DNA of 49,810 nt from NCBI GenBank assembly GCA_046597055.1, contig JBKJLC010000292.1:1-49810 (forward strand), written 5' to 3'. Position 1 is the first letter of the stretch, and each line of letters begins with the position of its first letter. The stretch is from Kofleriaceae bacterium (GTDB lineage Bacteria; Myxococcota_A; Polyangia; Haliangiales; Haliangiaceae). The notes under the pieces are model-generated. The model did no database searches. It had not been told where the DNA came from and saw only the letters and a list, made by a program, of their open reading frames with translations. Both the position numbers and the translations under genes were made by a program. Positions 35,847 through 48,238 of this stretch are shown one piece after another.

Positions 35847-36905
35847 ATGAAATCCTCTATCTTCTTCGCTCTCGCGCTCTCCTGTTCTTTCACCACGGCC
35901 TGCCTCGACACGCCCGTCGACGACGAGCTGCTCGGCGACGACGTCAGCGAGCTGGCCCGCGCCGCCACCAGCGACGCCCGGACCGATCTCGACGGGACCT
36001 CGACCTTCTACCAGGTCGAGCCCGACCACCGTCGCTGCGCCGCGCCGGCGTGTGGCGGGGTCTTCTATAGCCTGGTCAACGCGGGCGTCACGACCTGCAT
36101 CGACGGCAGCCACGCCGAGCGCTGCTATGCCGCCCGCGCCGACTGGAAGCACACCGGGCTCGGCCACGCGGCGCTCGCCGAGGTGAAGTCCGCGCTCGGC
36201 ACCCGCCAGCTGCTGGTGCGCGCGTCGATCGGCCGGAGGCGCTTCACCACCCGCGAGGCGTTCGCCGAGCTGCGGGTCACCGAGGCCTGGCTGGGCCAGG
36301 GTCCCAACGAGGCCTCGGGTCCGTTCGCCAAGATCCTCGAGATCGACCAGCGCTGCCTGGCCGCGCCGTGCCTGACCTACCGCGAGGCCAAGCTCAACTC
36401 GACGACCACGATGGCGATCGCCGAGCTGAGCTGGGACGTCTCGGGTGCCACCGACGAGCAGGTCGACGCCGCCCTGGCCGAGCTGCCGGTCAACGGCCTG
36501 ATCATCGCGGGCGATCGCTACCTGGTCACCGGCCCGGCCGGCTCGGCCAGCGCTCGCGCCGTCACCAACTTCTACCAGCGCGCGGTCGACAAGCTCGGGG
36601 TCACCGGCGACTGGCGCCACACTGCCGAGGACGGCACCCGCTACAACTACACGTTCAACCCCGACGGCACCTTCGCGGCGATGATGCAGCCCTCCTGCAT
36701 GTTCGCGCCGCTGCCGTGCATGGTGAAGATGGCGCTGCTCGGCGGCACCTTCGCGACCGCGCAGGGTCAGCTCCAGCTGCTCTACACCAGCGAAGTGCGG
36801 AACGGTGACCGCGTCGACTTCGCGATGGCCGGCCAGGCCGGGTCGATGCGGCTGACCGGCCGGGACTTCGAGCAGGAGCTCACGCTCCGACGGGTCGCGC
36901 GGTAA
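35847..36905 (+). CDS. Cys-containing secreted lipoprotein (DUF6748-like)
   Basis: Signal peptide ending TTAC; repeated RCAAPACGG, RCLAAPC and CMFAPLPC motifs. Confidence 0.65.
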   Translation: MKSSIFFALALSCSFTTACLDTPVDDELLGDDVSELARAATSDARTDLDGTSTFYQVEPDHRRCAAPACGGVFYSLVNAGVTTCIDGSHAERCYAARADWKHTGLGHAALAEVKSALGTRQLLVRASIGRRRFTTREAFAELRVTEAWLGQGPNEASGPFAKILEIDQRCLAAPCLTYREAKLNSTTTMAIAELSWDVSGATDEQVDAALAELPVNGLIIAGDRYLVTGPAGSASARAVTNFYQRAVDKLGVTGDWRHTAEDGTRYNYTFNPDGTFAAMMQPSCMFAPLPCMVKMALLGGTFATAQGQLQLLYTSEVRNGDRVDFAMAGQAGSMRLTGRDFEQELTLRRVAR

Positions 36906-36924
36906 CCGAGTAGGATGCCCCCCG

Positions 36925-38502
36925 ATGGGGGCGACGCAGGAGGACGACCGCTTCGAGCTCCGTGGTGAGCTCGGCGCCGGCTCGTCGGGCACCGTCTACC
37001 GCGTGCTCGATCGCCGCCGCGGTCACGAGGTCGCGCTCAAGGTCCTGCGTCGCTTCGGCGGCGCTGACCTCTACCGGTTCAAGCGCGAGTTTCGCGCGCT
37101 GGCCGGCCTGGCCCACCCCAACCTCGCGACCCTGCACGAGCTCTACGCGGTCGGCGAGGAGTGGATGTACACGATGGAGCTGGTCGATGGGGACCCGTTC
37201 GATCGGTGGGTCCGGCCGGGCGGGTCGGTGGCGGCGATCGACGCCGACGAGCTCGCGGGCACCACCACGCTGGTGCGGCGCAGCGGCCCCGGCGCCGCGG
37301 TCGACCTGGGCCGGCTGCGGGCCGGGCTGATCCAGCTCGCCGACGGGCTGACCGCGCTGCACTCGGTCCACAAGATCCACCGCGATCTCAAGCCGAGCAA
37401 CGTCCTCTGCGATCGGGCCGGGCGCGTCGTGATCCTGGACTTCGGCCTGGTGATCGACGCGGTGCGCGCCGACCGGACCCACGACGGGCGGCCGATCGGG
37501 ACGGTCGCGTACATGTCGCCCGAGCAGGCCGCCGCCGTGGCGCTGACCGCCGCCAGCGACTGGTACGCGGTCGGGGTCATGCTGTACGAGGCGCTCACCG
37601 GGATCCGGCCGTTCCGCGGCGCCGCCCACGACGTGCTCCTGCGCAAGCAGCTCGAGGACCCGCCGCTGCCGTCGGTGATCGCGAGCGGGGTGCCCGCTGA
37701 TCTCGAGCAGCTGTGCGGCGCGCTGCTCGCCCGCGATCCGCTCCGACGCCCGGTCGGCGCCGAGGTGCTGGCGGCGCTCGGCGCCACCCCCTCGTCCGCG
37801 TCGGTGGCGCTGGCGGTGCGTCCGGCGGCGCGGCCGGCAGACCCGGCCGCGCTGGCCGCGCTGCTCCAGGCGCTGGAGGACAGCCGCGAGCACTTCGTCG
37901 CGGTGGCGGTGCTCGGTCGGGCCGGCGCTGGCAAGTCGGCGCTGCTCGAGCAGTTCGCCGAGGAGGCCGAGCTCCGGCAGCACGCCTGCATCCTCTACGC
38001 GCGCAGCGACGGCCGCGAGCAGTCCATGTTCCCGGCCCTCGACCAGCTCATCGACCAGCTGGGCGGGGTCCTGCTGGCGCTGCCGCCCGAGGCGATGGCG
38101 GCGGTCGCGCCGCTGGCGACCCCGGTGGCGCGGGTGTTCCCGACCCTGCGCCGGGTGCCGGCGTTGCGGGCCCCGGCCCTGCCGAGCGCGACGCCTCCGG
38201 ATCCGGCGCGCGTGCTCGAGCGCGCGCTGGTGAGCTTTCGCTCGGTGATCGATCACCTCGCGGGAGAGCGGCCGCTGGCCATGTGCGTGGATGGCGCCGA
38301 GCACACTACCGTCGACGGCGCCGCCACGTACAGCCGGCTGTTCACCGTGACGGAGGCCATGCCGCGCGCGATGTTCGTGCTCAGCCACCGCAGCGAGCCC
38401 GACCAGGGCGGCCGCGCGCTCGCCGCGCTGCGCCGGTGGGCCGACGACCAGGGCGGCGACGTGCGCTGGATCGATCTCGACGCGCCCCCTAACACCCTCT
38501 GA
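36925..38502 (+). CDS. Cytoplasmic Ser/Thr kinase with short C-terminal P-loop (AAA_16-like) domain, paralog 1
   Basis: GAGSSG, ALK, HRDLKPSN, DFG, YMSPE; Walker A GRAGAGKS. Confidence 0.9.
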   Translation: MGATQEDDRFELRGELGAGSSGTVYRVLDRRRGHEVALKVLRRFGGADLYRFKREFRALAGLAHPNLATLHELYAVGEEWMYTMELVDGDPFDRWVRPGGSVAAIDADELAGTTTLVRRSGPGAAVDLGRLRAGLIQLADGLTALHSVHKIHRDLKPSNVLCDRAGRVVILDFGLVIDAVRADRTHDGRPIGTVAYMSPEQAAAVALTAASDWYAVGVMLYEALTGIRPFRGAAHDVLLRKQLEDPPLPSVIASGVPADLEQLCGALLARDPLRRPVGAEVLAALGATPSSASVALAVRPAARPADPAALAALLQALEDSREHFVAVAVLGRAGAGKSALLEQFAEEAELRQHACILYARSDGREQSMFPALDQLIDQLGGVLLALPPEAMAAVAPLATPVARVFPTLRRVPALRAPALPSATPPDPARVLERALVSFRSVIDHLAGERPLAMCVDGAEHTTVDGAATYSRLFTVTEAMPRAMFVLSHRSEPDQGGRALAALRRWADDQGGDVRWIDLDAPPNTL

Positions 38503-38505
38503 CGC

Positions 38506-39171
38506 TCACGCCGCGACGGCGATCGGCGACGCGTCCAGGTGTTCGAGGAGGTCCTGGGGACCGTCGTAGATGGCGAGGGCGCCGGCGAGGACCCGATCGG
38601 GCTGGCCCCCGGAGCGGACGGCGATCGTCCAGATGCCAGCGCGCGTGGCGGCCTCGACGTCGTACTCGGTGTCGCCCACCATCACCATCTGCTCGGGCGG
38701 GAGGTCGAGGCGCGTCATGGCAGCGGTGACGATGTCGGGATCGGGCTTGGACCGCTCGGCATCGTCGGACGTGGTGGCGAGCTGCGCGAGCCAGGGCGCA
38801 CCGAGCACGGCCAGGAGCCCGGCCAGCTCGTCGCGGCGCGCCGAGGTGGCGATTCCCACCGCTGCGCCCAGCGCGCGCAGCCGCTCGACCAGGTCACGGG
38901 CACCGGGGAGCGGGCGCACAGTGGGAAGCTGACGCTCGGCGAACAGCTCGGCACGCCGGTCCCCGAGCGCGAGGGCGCGCTCGTCGTCGCTGGTCCAGCC
39001 GGTGATCTCGGTGATGAGCTTGTCCCCGCCCATCCCGATCAGCGGACGGACGCGTCCGAATGGGATCAAGATGTTCTGCTCGGCGAACGCTTGCACCCAG
39101 GCGCGGGCGTGGGCGTCGTTACTATCGACCAGGGTGCCATCGACATCGAAGATCACACCAAAGCGGGCCAT
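38506..39171 (-). CDS. HAD-IA family hydrolase/phosphatase
   Basis: IFDVDGTLVDS, ATS, SKPDPD, VGDTEYD. Confidence 0.92.
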   Translation of the reverse strand: MARFGVIFDVDGTLVDSNDAHARAWVQAFAEQNILIPFGRVRPLIGMGGDKLITEITGWTSDDERALALGDRRAELFAERQLPTVRPLPGARDLVERLRALGAAVGIATSARRDELAGLLAVLGAPWLAQLATTSDDAERSKPDPDIVTAAMTRLDLPPEQMVMVGDTEYDVEAATRAGIWTIAVRSGGQPDRVLAGALAIYDGPQDLLEHLDASPIAVAA

Positions 39172-39222
39172 ACCGCCCGTCCACTGCATGGGGTGCGCCA
39201 AGGGGCGGAGTACGATGCGCCG

Positions 39223-40749
39223 ATGGTTCCGGACGCCGTGGAAAACGAGCGCTTCGAGCTCCGCGGCGAGCTGGGCATCGGCGGCGGGGGCGCGGTCTAT
39301 CGCGTCTTCGATCGCGAGCGCGGCATCGAGGTGGCCCTCAAGATGCTGCGCCGGGTCGGCGGGCCCGATCTCTATCGCTTCAAGCGCGAGTTCCGCGCGC
39401 TGGCCGGGCTGGCCCATCCCCACCTGGCCACACTGCACGAGCTGTACGTGGTCGGCAGCGAGTGGATGTACACGATGGAGCTGGTCGAGGGCGTGCCCTT
39501 CGATCAATGGGTGCGCACGCCGGGCGACGGCCCGGAGCCGCCCGGCGTGCTCGACACCGCCCGGCTCCGCGACGCGCTGTACCAGCTCGCCGACGGCCTC
39601 ACCGCGCTGCACGGGCTCGGCAAGCTCCACCGCGATCTGAAGCCGTCGAACGTGCTGTGCGAGCCGAGCGGCCGGCTGGTGATCCTCGACTTCGGGCTGA
39701 TCGTCGAGCCGGGCTCGGTCGAGCACACCCACGAGCACAGCGCGGTCGGCACGCTCGCGTACATGTCACCCGAGCAGGCCGCCGACGTCCCGCTGACCCC
39801 GGCCAGCGACTGGTACGCGGTCGGCGTCATGTTGTACGAGGCGCTGACCGGCGTCCGCCCGTTCCGCGGCGCGACCCACGACGTGCTCCTGCGCAAGCAG
39901 CGCGAAGACGCGACCCCGCCCTCGGTGGTGGCGCCGGGTGTCCCGCGCGATCTCGCGGCGCTATGTGCCCGCCTGCTCCATCGCGATCCGACCCGCCGGC
40001 CCGACGGACCGGCGGTCCTCGCCGCGCTGGGCCAGACCGAGTCACTGGCGACGATCACGACCCTGAGCCGGGTGCACGCACCTCCCGCGCCGGCGGCGCC
40101 GGCGGCGATGGACGCGCTGCGCCAGGCGCTCGCGGCCAGCCGCGACCACTTCGTGCTGGCGGTCGTGCACGGCGACGCGGGCAGCGGCAAGACCGCCCTG
40201 CTCGACGCGTTCCTCGACGAGGCGCGGGTCGAGCACGACGCGCTGACCCTGGCCGGTGCCGACGATCCGCGCGAGCAGATCCCGCTGTCGAGCATCGACC
40301 AGGCGCTCGATCAGCTCAGCTCGTACTTCATGGCGCTGCCAAAAGCGGGGGCGGCGGCGCTGCTGGCCGATGCGGCCCCGCTGGCGCGTATGTTCCCGGC
40401 CCTGCGCCGGGTGCCCGCGCTGCAGGTGCCGGTGCTCCCGCAAACCAGCGTGCTCGGGCCGGACGAGCTCCGCCGCCGCGCCTTCGGCGCGCTGCGCACG
40501 ATCCTGGCTCGGCTCGGCCTCACCCGCCCGGTCGTGCTCGCGTTCGACAACAACGGGCACGTCGCCGGCGCCGACGCGCGGATCTTCAGCGAGAGCTTCG
40601 TCGGCCCCGACATGCCGCACGCGCTGGTGATCGCCAGCTACCACTCCGACCTCCTGGCGACCAGCCAGTCGCTCGCCGACCTGCGCCGCTGGGCCGACCA
40701 GATGCAGGGCGACCTGCGCTTCGTCGGGCTCGACCCGCCCGACGCCTGA
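39223..40749 (+). CDS. Cytoplasmic Ser/Thr kinase with short C-terminal P-loop domain, paralog 2
   Basis: GIGGGG, HRDLKPSN, DFG, YMSPE; Walker A GDAGSGKT; long near-identical stretches with paralog 1. Confidence 0.9.
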   Translation: MVPDAVENERFELRGELGIGGGGAVYRVFDRERGIEVALKMLRRVGGPDLYRFKREFRALAGLAHPHLATLHELYVVGSEWMYTMELVEGVPFDQWVRTPGDGPEPPGVLDTARLRDALYQLADGLTALHGLGKLHRDLKPSNVLCEPSGRLVILDFGLIVEPGSVEHTHEHSAVGTLAYMSPEQAADVPLTPASDWYAVGVMLYEALTGVRPFRGATHDVLLRKQREDATPPSVVAPGVPRDLAALCARLLHRDPTRRPDGPAVLAALGQTESLATITTLSRVHAPPAPAAPAAMDALRQALAASRDHFVLAVVHGDAGSGKTALLDAFLDEARVEHDALTLAGADDPREQIPLSSIDQALDQLSSYFMALPKAGAAALLADAAPLARMFPALRRVPALQVPVLPQTSVLGPDELRRRAFGALRTILARLGLTRPVVLAFDNNGHVAGADARIFSESFVGPDMPHALVIASYHSDLLATSQSLADLRRWADQMQGDLRFVGLDPPDA

Positions 40750-40758
40750 CGGCGCCGG

Positions 40759-42876
40759 TCAGGGGTCGGCGCGCAGGCGGGCGACGTCGTCGAGGAGCGC
40801 GAGCGCGGCCGGGTCCTGCTCGAGCTGGGCGAGCGTCCGTGACCACGGCCGGTGCCAGTTGGGGCGCTCGTGCGAGGTCCCCGGCACGTTCTGCGGCGCT
40901 GGCTCGAGCCACAGATCCTCGCCGGTCACCAGCACGACGTGGGCGGGGCTGGCCGCCAGCGCGCGCGTACACGCGGTCAGCGCGGCCAGGCACGCCGCGT
41001 CGCTGGGGTCGTCGACCGCGGGCCAACCGGCAGCGGCGAGCAGGGCGACCCGGGTCGCGGCCCGCGCCGTGCGCTCGTCGACCGCCTGGGCCGGCGTGAT
41101 CAGCCCCAGCGCGACCCGGTCGTCGATGTCGGCGCCGTGCCAGAAGCCGGCGAAGGTCGGGGTGTCGTGGGTGTCGAGGCTGGCGACCTGCTCGCTCGAC
41201 GGCACCTCCATCGCCGCGCCGACCTGGCCGGGCATGGCGAACTCGCCGACGAACAGGCCGGCGATCGCGTGGCGCCGCATCGCCGGGCGCACGTCGTCGG
41301 GCACGGTGCCGAGATCCTCGCCGACCACCGCGCAGCGATGGCGCTGCGACTCCAGGCAGAAGATCGCGTACAGCTCCTCGGCCGGGTAGCGCACGTAGAC
41401 ACCGTCGGTGGCGCGGCCGCCAGCCGGCACCCAGTACAGCCGGTGCAAGCCCATGACGTGATCGATGCGCAGCATGGTCGCGGCGCTCATGTGATGGGCG
41501 ATCACGCGGCGCAGGTAGCGCCAGCCGCCGGCGCGCGCCAGCTCGGGGTGGAGCGGCGGCAGGCCCCAGTCCTGACCGCCGAGGAACAGGCCGTCGGGCG
41601 GTGCCCCGGTCGACGCGCCCAGCACGAAGTCGTCGCGGTGCCGCCACACGTCGTAGGCGTCGCTGCTGACGCCAACCGGGAGATCGAGGTAGAGCCCGAC
41701 CCCGCCGGCGCGCAGGGCGCCGAGCTGGCGCGCCATCGCCCACTGCGCGTAGACGTGGGCCCGGGCCGCCGCGGGATGGTAGCCATCGCCGTCGAGCGCG
41801 GTCACCGCCGCGACGTCGGCGGCCGGCGCGTCGCGCCAGCGCGGGTCCCAGCGCGGCCACGAGGTCCGGGTCGCCTCGCCGACCGCGCGGAAGACCGCGT
41901 AGTCGGCGACATCAGGGTGGCCGGCAAAACGCTCGAGCTCCACGCGCAACGTCGGGGTGGCCCACGCCGCCGCGCTCAGCGCGTCGATCACCAGCCGCCG
42001 CCACGCGTACTGACGCCGGTAATCGCAGTGCGGCATCGCCGCCAGCGCGGCGCGCTCGGTCGCGACCGCCGCCGACCCCATGAGCCCGCGCGCGACCGGC
42101 GCGTGGTCGAGGCCCGGCGCCGCATCGAGGTCGAGGTAGAGCTCGTTCCAGGCCAGCCGTGACGCCGGCGAGTACGGGCTCGGCTGGAACGGCTGGTCGA
42201 GGAACTGGGCCAGGATCGGCAGCGTCGCGACGTAGTGGCCGCCGCGGGCGCCGACCAGATCGGCGAGCCGCCCCAGCTCGGCGAGATCGCCAGTCCCCCC
42301 GGCGCGCGCGCTGCGCAGCGCGTAGGTCGGCGCGAACACGCCCCAGCGCCGCGCGACCTCGCCGGGACCGGCGAACGCCCGCGCCGGCGCCGCGATCACG
42401 GTGGTCTCGCCTGAGCGGGCGCCGACCCGCCAGCGCACCGTGTGGTAGCCGAGCGCCCCGGCGCCCGGCAAGGTCACGTCACGCTGGCACCACACCTCGC
42501 CGCCGGGCCAGGCGTGGCCGTGCGCGGGCAGATCGTACAGCCGACCGGCGCCGCGCTCGCGCCGGCCCGACTCGAGCAGCACCTCGACCTCCCAGTCTCC
42601 GTCGACCTGGGCCGGGACCCGCAGCGGCAGCCGGGCCGCCTGGTCGTCCCACCCGACCACGACCGGTGGCGCGCCGGCGTTCCACCACGCGAGCTCCCAG
42701 GCGGCCTCGGCGGCGGCGGCATCGCGCGGGCCGGTCAGGTTCGCGCCGACCGCGCGGAGCACCGCGACCAGGGCATCGACCGGGGCCTCGACCGCGTGAC
42801 CGCGCCAGCTCTGGTAACGCCGGTTGACCCCGGCGCGCGCCGCGAGCCGCTCGAGCGCGTCGAGCTCGCTCGTCAT
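40759..42876 (-). CDS. malQ: 4-alpha-glucanotransferase (amylomaltase, GH77)
   Basis: SPYSPASR, LYLDLPVG, GAPPD..GQDWGLPP, RIDHVMG, GEDLG, THDTPT, QNVPGT. Confidence 0.95.
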   Translation of the reverse strand: MTSELDALERLAARAGVNRRYQSWRGHAVEAPVDALVAVLRAVGANLTGPRDAAAAEAAWELAWWNAGAPPVVVGWDDQAARLPLRVPAQVDGDWEVEVLLESGRRERGAGRLYDLPAHGHAWPGGEVWCQRDVTLPGAGALGYHTVRWRVGARSGETTVIAAPARAFAGPGEVARRWGVFAPTYALRSARAGGTGDLAELGRLADLVGARGGHYVATLPILAQFLDQPFQPSPYSPASRLAWNELYLDLDAAPGLDHAPVARGLMGSAAVATERAALAAMPHCDYRRQYAWRRLVIDALSAAAWATPTLRVELERFAGHPDVADYAVFRAVGEATRTSWPRWDPRWRDAPAADVAAVTALDGDGYHPAAARAHVYAQWAMARQLGALRAGGVGLYLDLPVGVSSDAYDVWRHRDDFVLGASTGAPPDGLFLGGQDWGLPPLHPELARAGGWRYLRRVIAHHMSAATMLRIDHVMGLHRLYWVPAGGRATDGVYVRYPAEELYAIFCLESQRHRCAVVGEDLGTVPDDVRPAMRRHAIAGLFVGEFAMPGQVGAAMEVPSSEQVASLDTHDTPTFAGFWHGADIDDRVALGLITPAQAVDERTARAATRVALLAAAGWPAVDDPSDAACLAALTACTRALAASPAHVVLVTGEDLWLEPAPQNVPGTSHERPNWHRPWSRTLAQLEQDPAALALLDDVARLRADP

Positions 42877-43027
42877 GGCCGTGCCTCGACGGGCGTGCCC
42901 GTCACCGATCCAACGCTGGTGCGACGGTCTCCCACGAGGACCGCGACGGTAGCATCAGGCATCCGATCGGGGAACCGGTCGGGCCTTGCCGCCGCCGCCC
43001 CGCGCGGTCGGACCCGACGGCGCGCCG

Positions 43028-45067
43028 TCAGGCGCGATGGCGCATGAACCGCTCGACCAGCAGGCGCAGGCTGCGCAGGTCGAACGGCTTGTCGACCCGC
43101 TCGTTCGGCACCTCATCGAGGAACCGGCCGGCCGCCGCGGTGAAGGCACCGCCGGTCATGAAGACCATCCGCTCGGTCAGCGGCGGGAAGGTCCGCGCCA
43201 GCTCGGCGTGGACCTCCATGCCGCTCATCACCGGCATCATCAGATCGCAGAGGATCACGTCGACGTCAGGCGTGCGCGCCAGCCAGGCCAGCGCGTCGGC
43301 GCCGCCCCGCACCACCGTCACGTCGTGGGCCTTCAGCACGCGGGCGAGGCTGGTGCCGACCACCGGGTCGTCATCGATGACGAGCACCCGGGCGCGGCCG
43401 TCGACCCGCCGCCGGGGCGCCGCGGGCGAGGATGGGTTCGCCGCGGGGGGCACCAGCGCCGCCGGCAGCGTCACCCGGAACGTGCTGCCGTGGCCCAGCC
43501 GGCTCTCGACCGTGATCTCACCGCCGAGGTCGCCGACGATGCCGTGGCACACCGACAACCCCAGGCCGGTGCCGACCCCGACCGGCTTGGTCGTGAAGAA
43601 CGGATCGAAGATTCGCCCCATCACCTCGGGGGCGATGCCCGGGCCGGTGTCCTGCACCTCGATCACCGCCCGCCCGTCGGCCGCGGTCAGGGTCGTGACG
43701 CGGATCTCGTTGCGATCGGCGTGGCCCTCCGGCAGGGCCTGGGCGGCGTTGACCAGGAGGTTGATGAAGACCTGGCCCAGGCGCGCCTCATCGACCTCCA
43801 CCACCGGGACCGCGCCGAGCTCCTTCACCAGCCGGGCCCGGTGCCGGATCTCGTTGAAGCTCATGTTGATCGCGGTCTCGAGAATCACGCGGACGTCGTG
43901 CGGGCCGATCTGCTCCTGGTCGGTCCGCGAGAACGCCTTCAGCCCGCGCACGATCTTGCGGACCCGCTCGGCCCCGGTGCGGGCCTCGCTCGCCAGCTCC
44001 GCGAGGTCCTTGAGTCGGCCTGCGGGCGCGCCGCCGGGCAGCCCACCGAGCTCGCCGAGCTCGCCGACGATCATGTCGAGGTTCGACATGATGTACGCGA
44101 GCGGATTGTTGATCTCGTGAGCGACCCCGGCGGCGAGCGTCCCGATCGACGCCATCCGATCGCCGAGCTGCAGCCGCGCCTCGATCGCCTTGCGCTCGGT
44201 CACGTCCTCGACCTGCGACACGAAGTGGAGCGGCTGACCCGCGCCATCCCGGACCAGCGAGACGTGCAGCATGACGTGCACGACCTGCCCCGCCTTGTGG
44301 AAGTAGCGCTTGGCCAGCGAGTAGCGCGGGATCTCGCCGCGCAGCAGCTGCTCGACCAGCGCCAGATCGATCGCCAGGTCGTCGGGATGGGTGAGGTCCT
44401 GGAAGGTCAGCGCGATCAGCTCCTCTGGCGTGTATCCGACCACGTCGCACATCGCGCGGTTGACGCGGAGCCAGTGACCGGTGAGCCCGACCAGCGCCAT
44501 CCCGATCGGCGCCATGTCGAAGGTCAGTCGGAACCGCTCCTCGGAGGCCTGCAAGGCGAGCTTGTCGGCGGCATGGACCAGCGCCGCCGAGACGAAGCCG
44601 GCGACCAGCTCGAGCGCGTCGACGTGGGTATCGGTGAACGCGCCCGGCCGTGCCGAGGTCACCTTGAGCACGCCGACCGCGACCCGGTCGTGCCGGAGCG
44701 GCACCACGATCATCGAGCGCGCGCCGACCCTGCGACAGGCCTCGCGATCGACCCGATCGTCGGTGTCGGTGTCCTCGCACCGCAGGATCTCGCCGGTGCG
44801 GACGCACAGCCCCGACAGGCTGGTCGCGATCGCGAGCCGCAGGCCGACCAGGCCGGTCGCGCCACCGGCCACGGCCCGATACACCATCTCGTCGCCGTCG
44901 ACCAGCTCGACGACGCCGCTGTCGGCGTCGGTCATGACCTGGGCCCGGTGCGCGATCACCGGCATCACCCTCTCGGGGTCATGGCCGAGCGCCATCACCT
45001 CGTGCTGCGCCTCGATGACGGACGTCAGCGCTCGCAGGCGCGCAGACTGGTCGGTTCGCCGCGCCAT
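43028..45067 (-). CDS. Hybrid sensor histidine kinase (GAF-PAS-HisKA-HATPase-REC)
   Basis: GAF N-terminus; PAS THPDD; AHEINNPL; NLLVNA; DTGPG, FFTTK, GTGLGL; receiver IDDD, CDLMMP, KPF. Confidence 0.93.
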   Translation of the reverse strand: MARRTDQSARLRALTSVIEAQHEVMALGHDPERVMPVIAHRAQVMTDADSGVVELVDGDEMVYRAVAGGATGLVGLRLAIATSLSGLCVRTGEILRCEDTDTDDRVDREACRRVGARSMIVVPLRHDRVAVGVLKVTSARPGAFTDTHVDALELVAGFVSAALVHAADKLALQASEERFRLTFDMAPIGMALVGLTGHWLRVNRAMCDVVGYTPEELIALTFQDLTHPDDLAIDLALVEQLLRGEIPRYSLAKRYFHKAGQVVHVMLHVSLVRDGAGQPLHFVSQVEDVTERKAIEARLQLGDRMASIGTLAAGVAHEINNPLAYIMSNLDMIVGELGELGGLPGGAPAGRLKDLAELASEARTGAERVRKIVRGLKAFSRTDQEQIGPHDVRVILETAINMSFNEIRHRARLVKELGAVPVVEVDEARLGQVFINLLVNAAQALPEGHADRNEIRVTTLTAADGRAVIEVQDTGPGIAPEVMGRIFDPFFTTKPVGVGTGLGLSVCHGIVGDLGGEITVESRLGHGSTFRVTLPAALVPPAANPSSPAAPRRRVDGRARVLVIDDDPVVGTSLARVLKAHDVTVVRGGADALAWLARTPDVDVILCDLMMPVMSGMEVHAELARTFPPLTERMVFMTGGAFTAAAGRFLDEVPNERVDKPFDLRSLRLLVERFMRHRA

Positions 45068-45134
45068 CAGCGCCCGTCGCCCCGCTCGGCCCCGCGGCGC
45101 TGCCCCGGCGGGTCCCGTCCGCGGTCCGCGCGGG

Positions 45135-46594
<1,460 letters not shown>

Positions 46595-46598
<4 letters not shown>

Positions 46599-48238
46599 GG
46601 CTCACCTCCGGCCCGGACGGCGGTCGTCGGCCGGCGTGCCCCCTGGCGCTTGCTCACGCAGATCGCGAAGTCGTCCGAGCGCAGCGACGGCTCGGTGACC
46701 GCCTCGGCCAGCTCGCAGTGGTACTCGTCGATGAACGCGTGGGTCGCCGGCTCCATCCGCTTGAGGAACGGCCGGGGCAGGACGCCCATGACGAAGATCA
46801 GGATGACGAGCGGGATGAACACGGCCAGCTCGCGACCCGACAGGTCGCGCAGCGCGCCGTTCTTGCTCTGGTCGAGCGGGCCGAAGAAGACCTTCTGGAA
46901 CATGAACAGCAGGTAGACGGCGCCGAGGATGACGCCGGTGGTCGCCAGCGCACCGAGCAGGCGCGGCGCCGGCAGGTACGAAGGCCAGCCGGCCGGGAAG
47001 GTGTCGGCGGCGTTGAAGGTCCCGAACAGGGCCAGGAACTCGCCGATGAACCCGGACAGGCCGGGCAGCCCGGCCGAGCCCATCACGATGATGAGGTACA
47101 GCGCCGAGAACACCGGCATCTGCTTCCACAGCCCGCCGTACTCGGCGAGCCGGCGGGTGTGGCGCTGCTCGTAGAGCACGCCGATGCCGAGGAACAGGCC
47201 GCCGGTGGTGAGCCCGTGCGACAGCATCGCGTAGATCGAGCCCTCGACGCCGACCGCGGTCAGCGAGAACAGGCCGAGCGCGCAGAACCCGAGGTGCGAC
47301 ACCGACGAGTACGCGACCAGCTTCTTGATGTCGTCCTGCGCGAACGCGACCAGCGCGCCGTAGATGATGCCGATCACCGCGAGCACCGCGATGTACGGCG
47401 CCAGCTCGGCCGCGCCGTACGGGAACAGCGGCATCGCCCAGCGGATGAAGCCGAAGATGCCGAGCTTGAGCATCACGCCGGCGAGGATCACCGAGCCAGG
47501 GGTCGGCGCTTCGACGTGGGCGTCGGGCAACCAGGTGTGCAGCGGGAACAGCGGGATCTTGATCGCGAACGCCAGCGCAAAGGCGGCGAAGCACCAGACC
47601 TGCGCCTTGTGCGGCAAGACCATGGTGGTCAGCTGCTCGAGGTCGGTGGTGTAGACCCCGGTGACCTCGGCGTACGTGACGTACACGTAGAAGATCGCGA
47701 CCAGCATGAGCAGCGAGCCGACCATCGTGTACAGCACGAACTTGATCGACGCGTACAGGCGGCGCTGACCGCCCCAGATGCCGATCAGCAGGTACATCGG
47801 GATCAGCATCACCTCCCACATCACGTAGAACAGGAAGGCGTCGAGCGAGATGAACGCGCCCAGCATGCCGACCTCGAGGATCAGCATGGCGGCGACGAAC
47901 TCGCGGACGTGCTTGCCGATCGTGCGGGTGGACGCGAGCAGCGTCAGCGGGGTCAGGAAGGTGGTCAGCAGCACCAGCCACAGCGACAGGCCGTCGATGC
48001 CGAGCTTGAAGTGCGCGCCGAGCCCGGGGATCCACGGCACGTCGGTGACCAGCTGGTAGCTGGCCTTGTTCAGGTCGAAGTAGGTCAGGCACAGCAGCGA
48101 GACCAGGAAGGTCGCGCTCGAGAAGAAGAGGCCGATGCCGCGCTGGAGGCTCTCCTCGCCGCGGGGGGTACACATGGCGAACAGGGCGCCGAGCATCGGC
48201 AGCCCCAGGATCACGGGGAGGACGAACGCGCCGGTCAC
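46595..48238 (-). CDS. nuoM: NADH-quinone oxidoreductase subunit M
   Basis: LGIDGLS, WEVMLIPMY, KIPLFPLHTWLPDAHVEAP, KKLVAYSSVSH; GTG start overlaps the nuoL stop, with an AGGAGG RBS. Confidence 0.97.

Noticed and set aside
36902..36927. Further GTAACC hexamers (36902, 29062, and one inside folE on the minus strand)
   Set aside because: They lack CnTC at the 16-bp spacing, and two coincide with TAA stop codons; not counted as ECF promoters.
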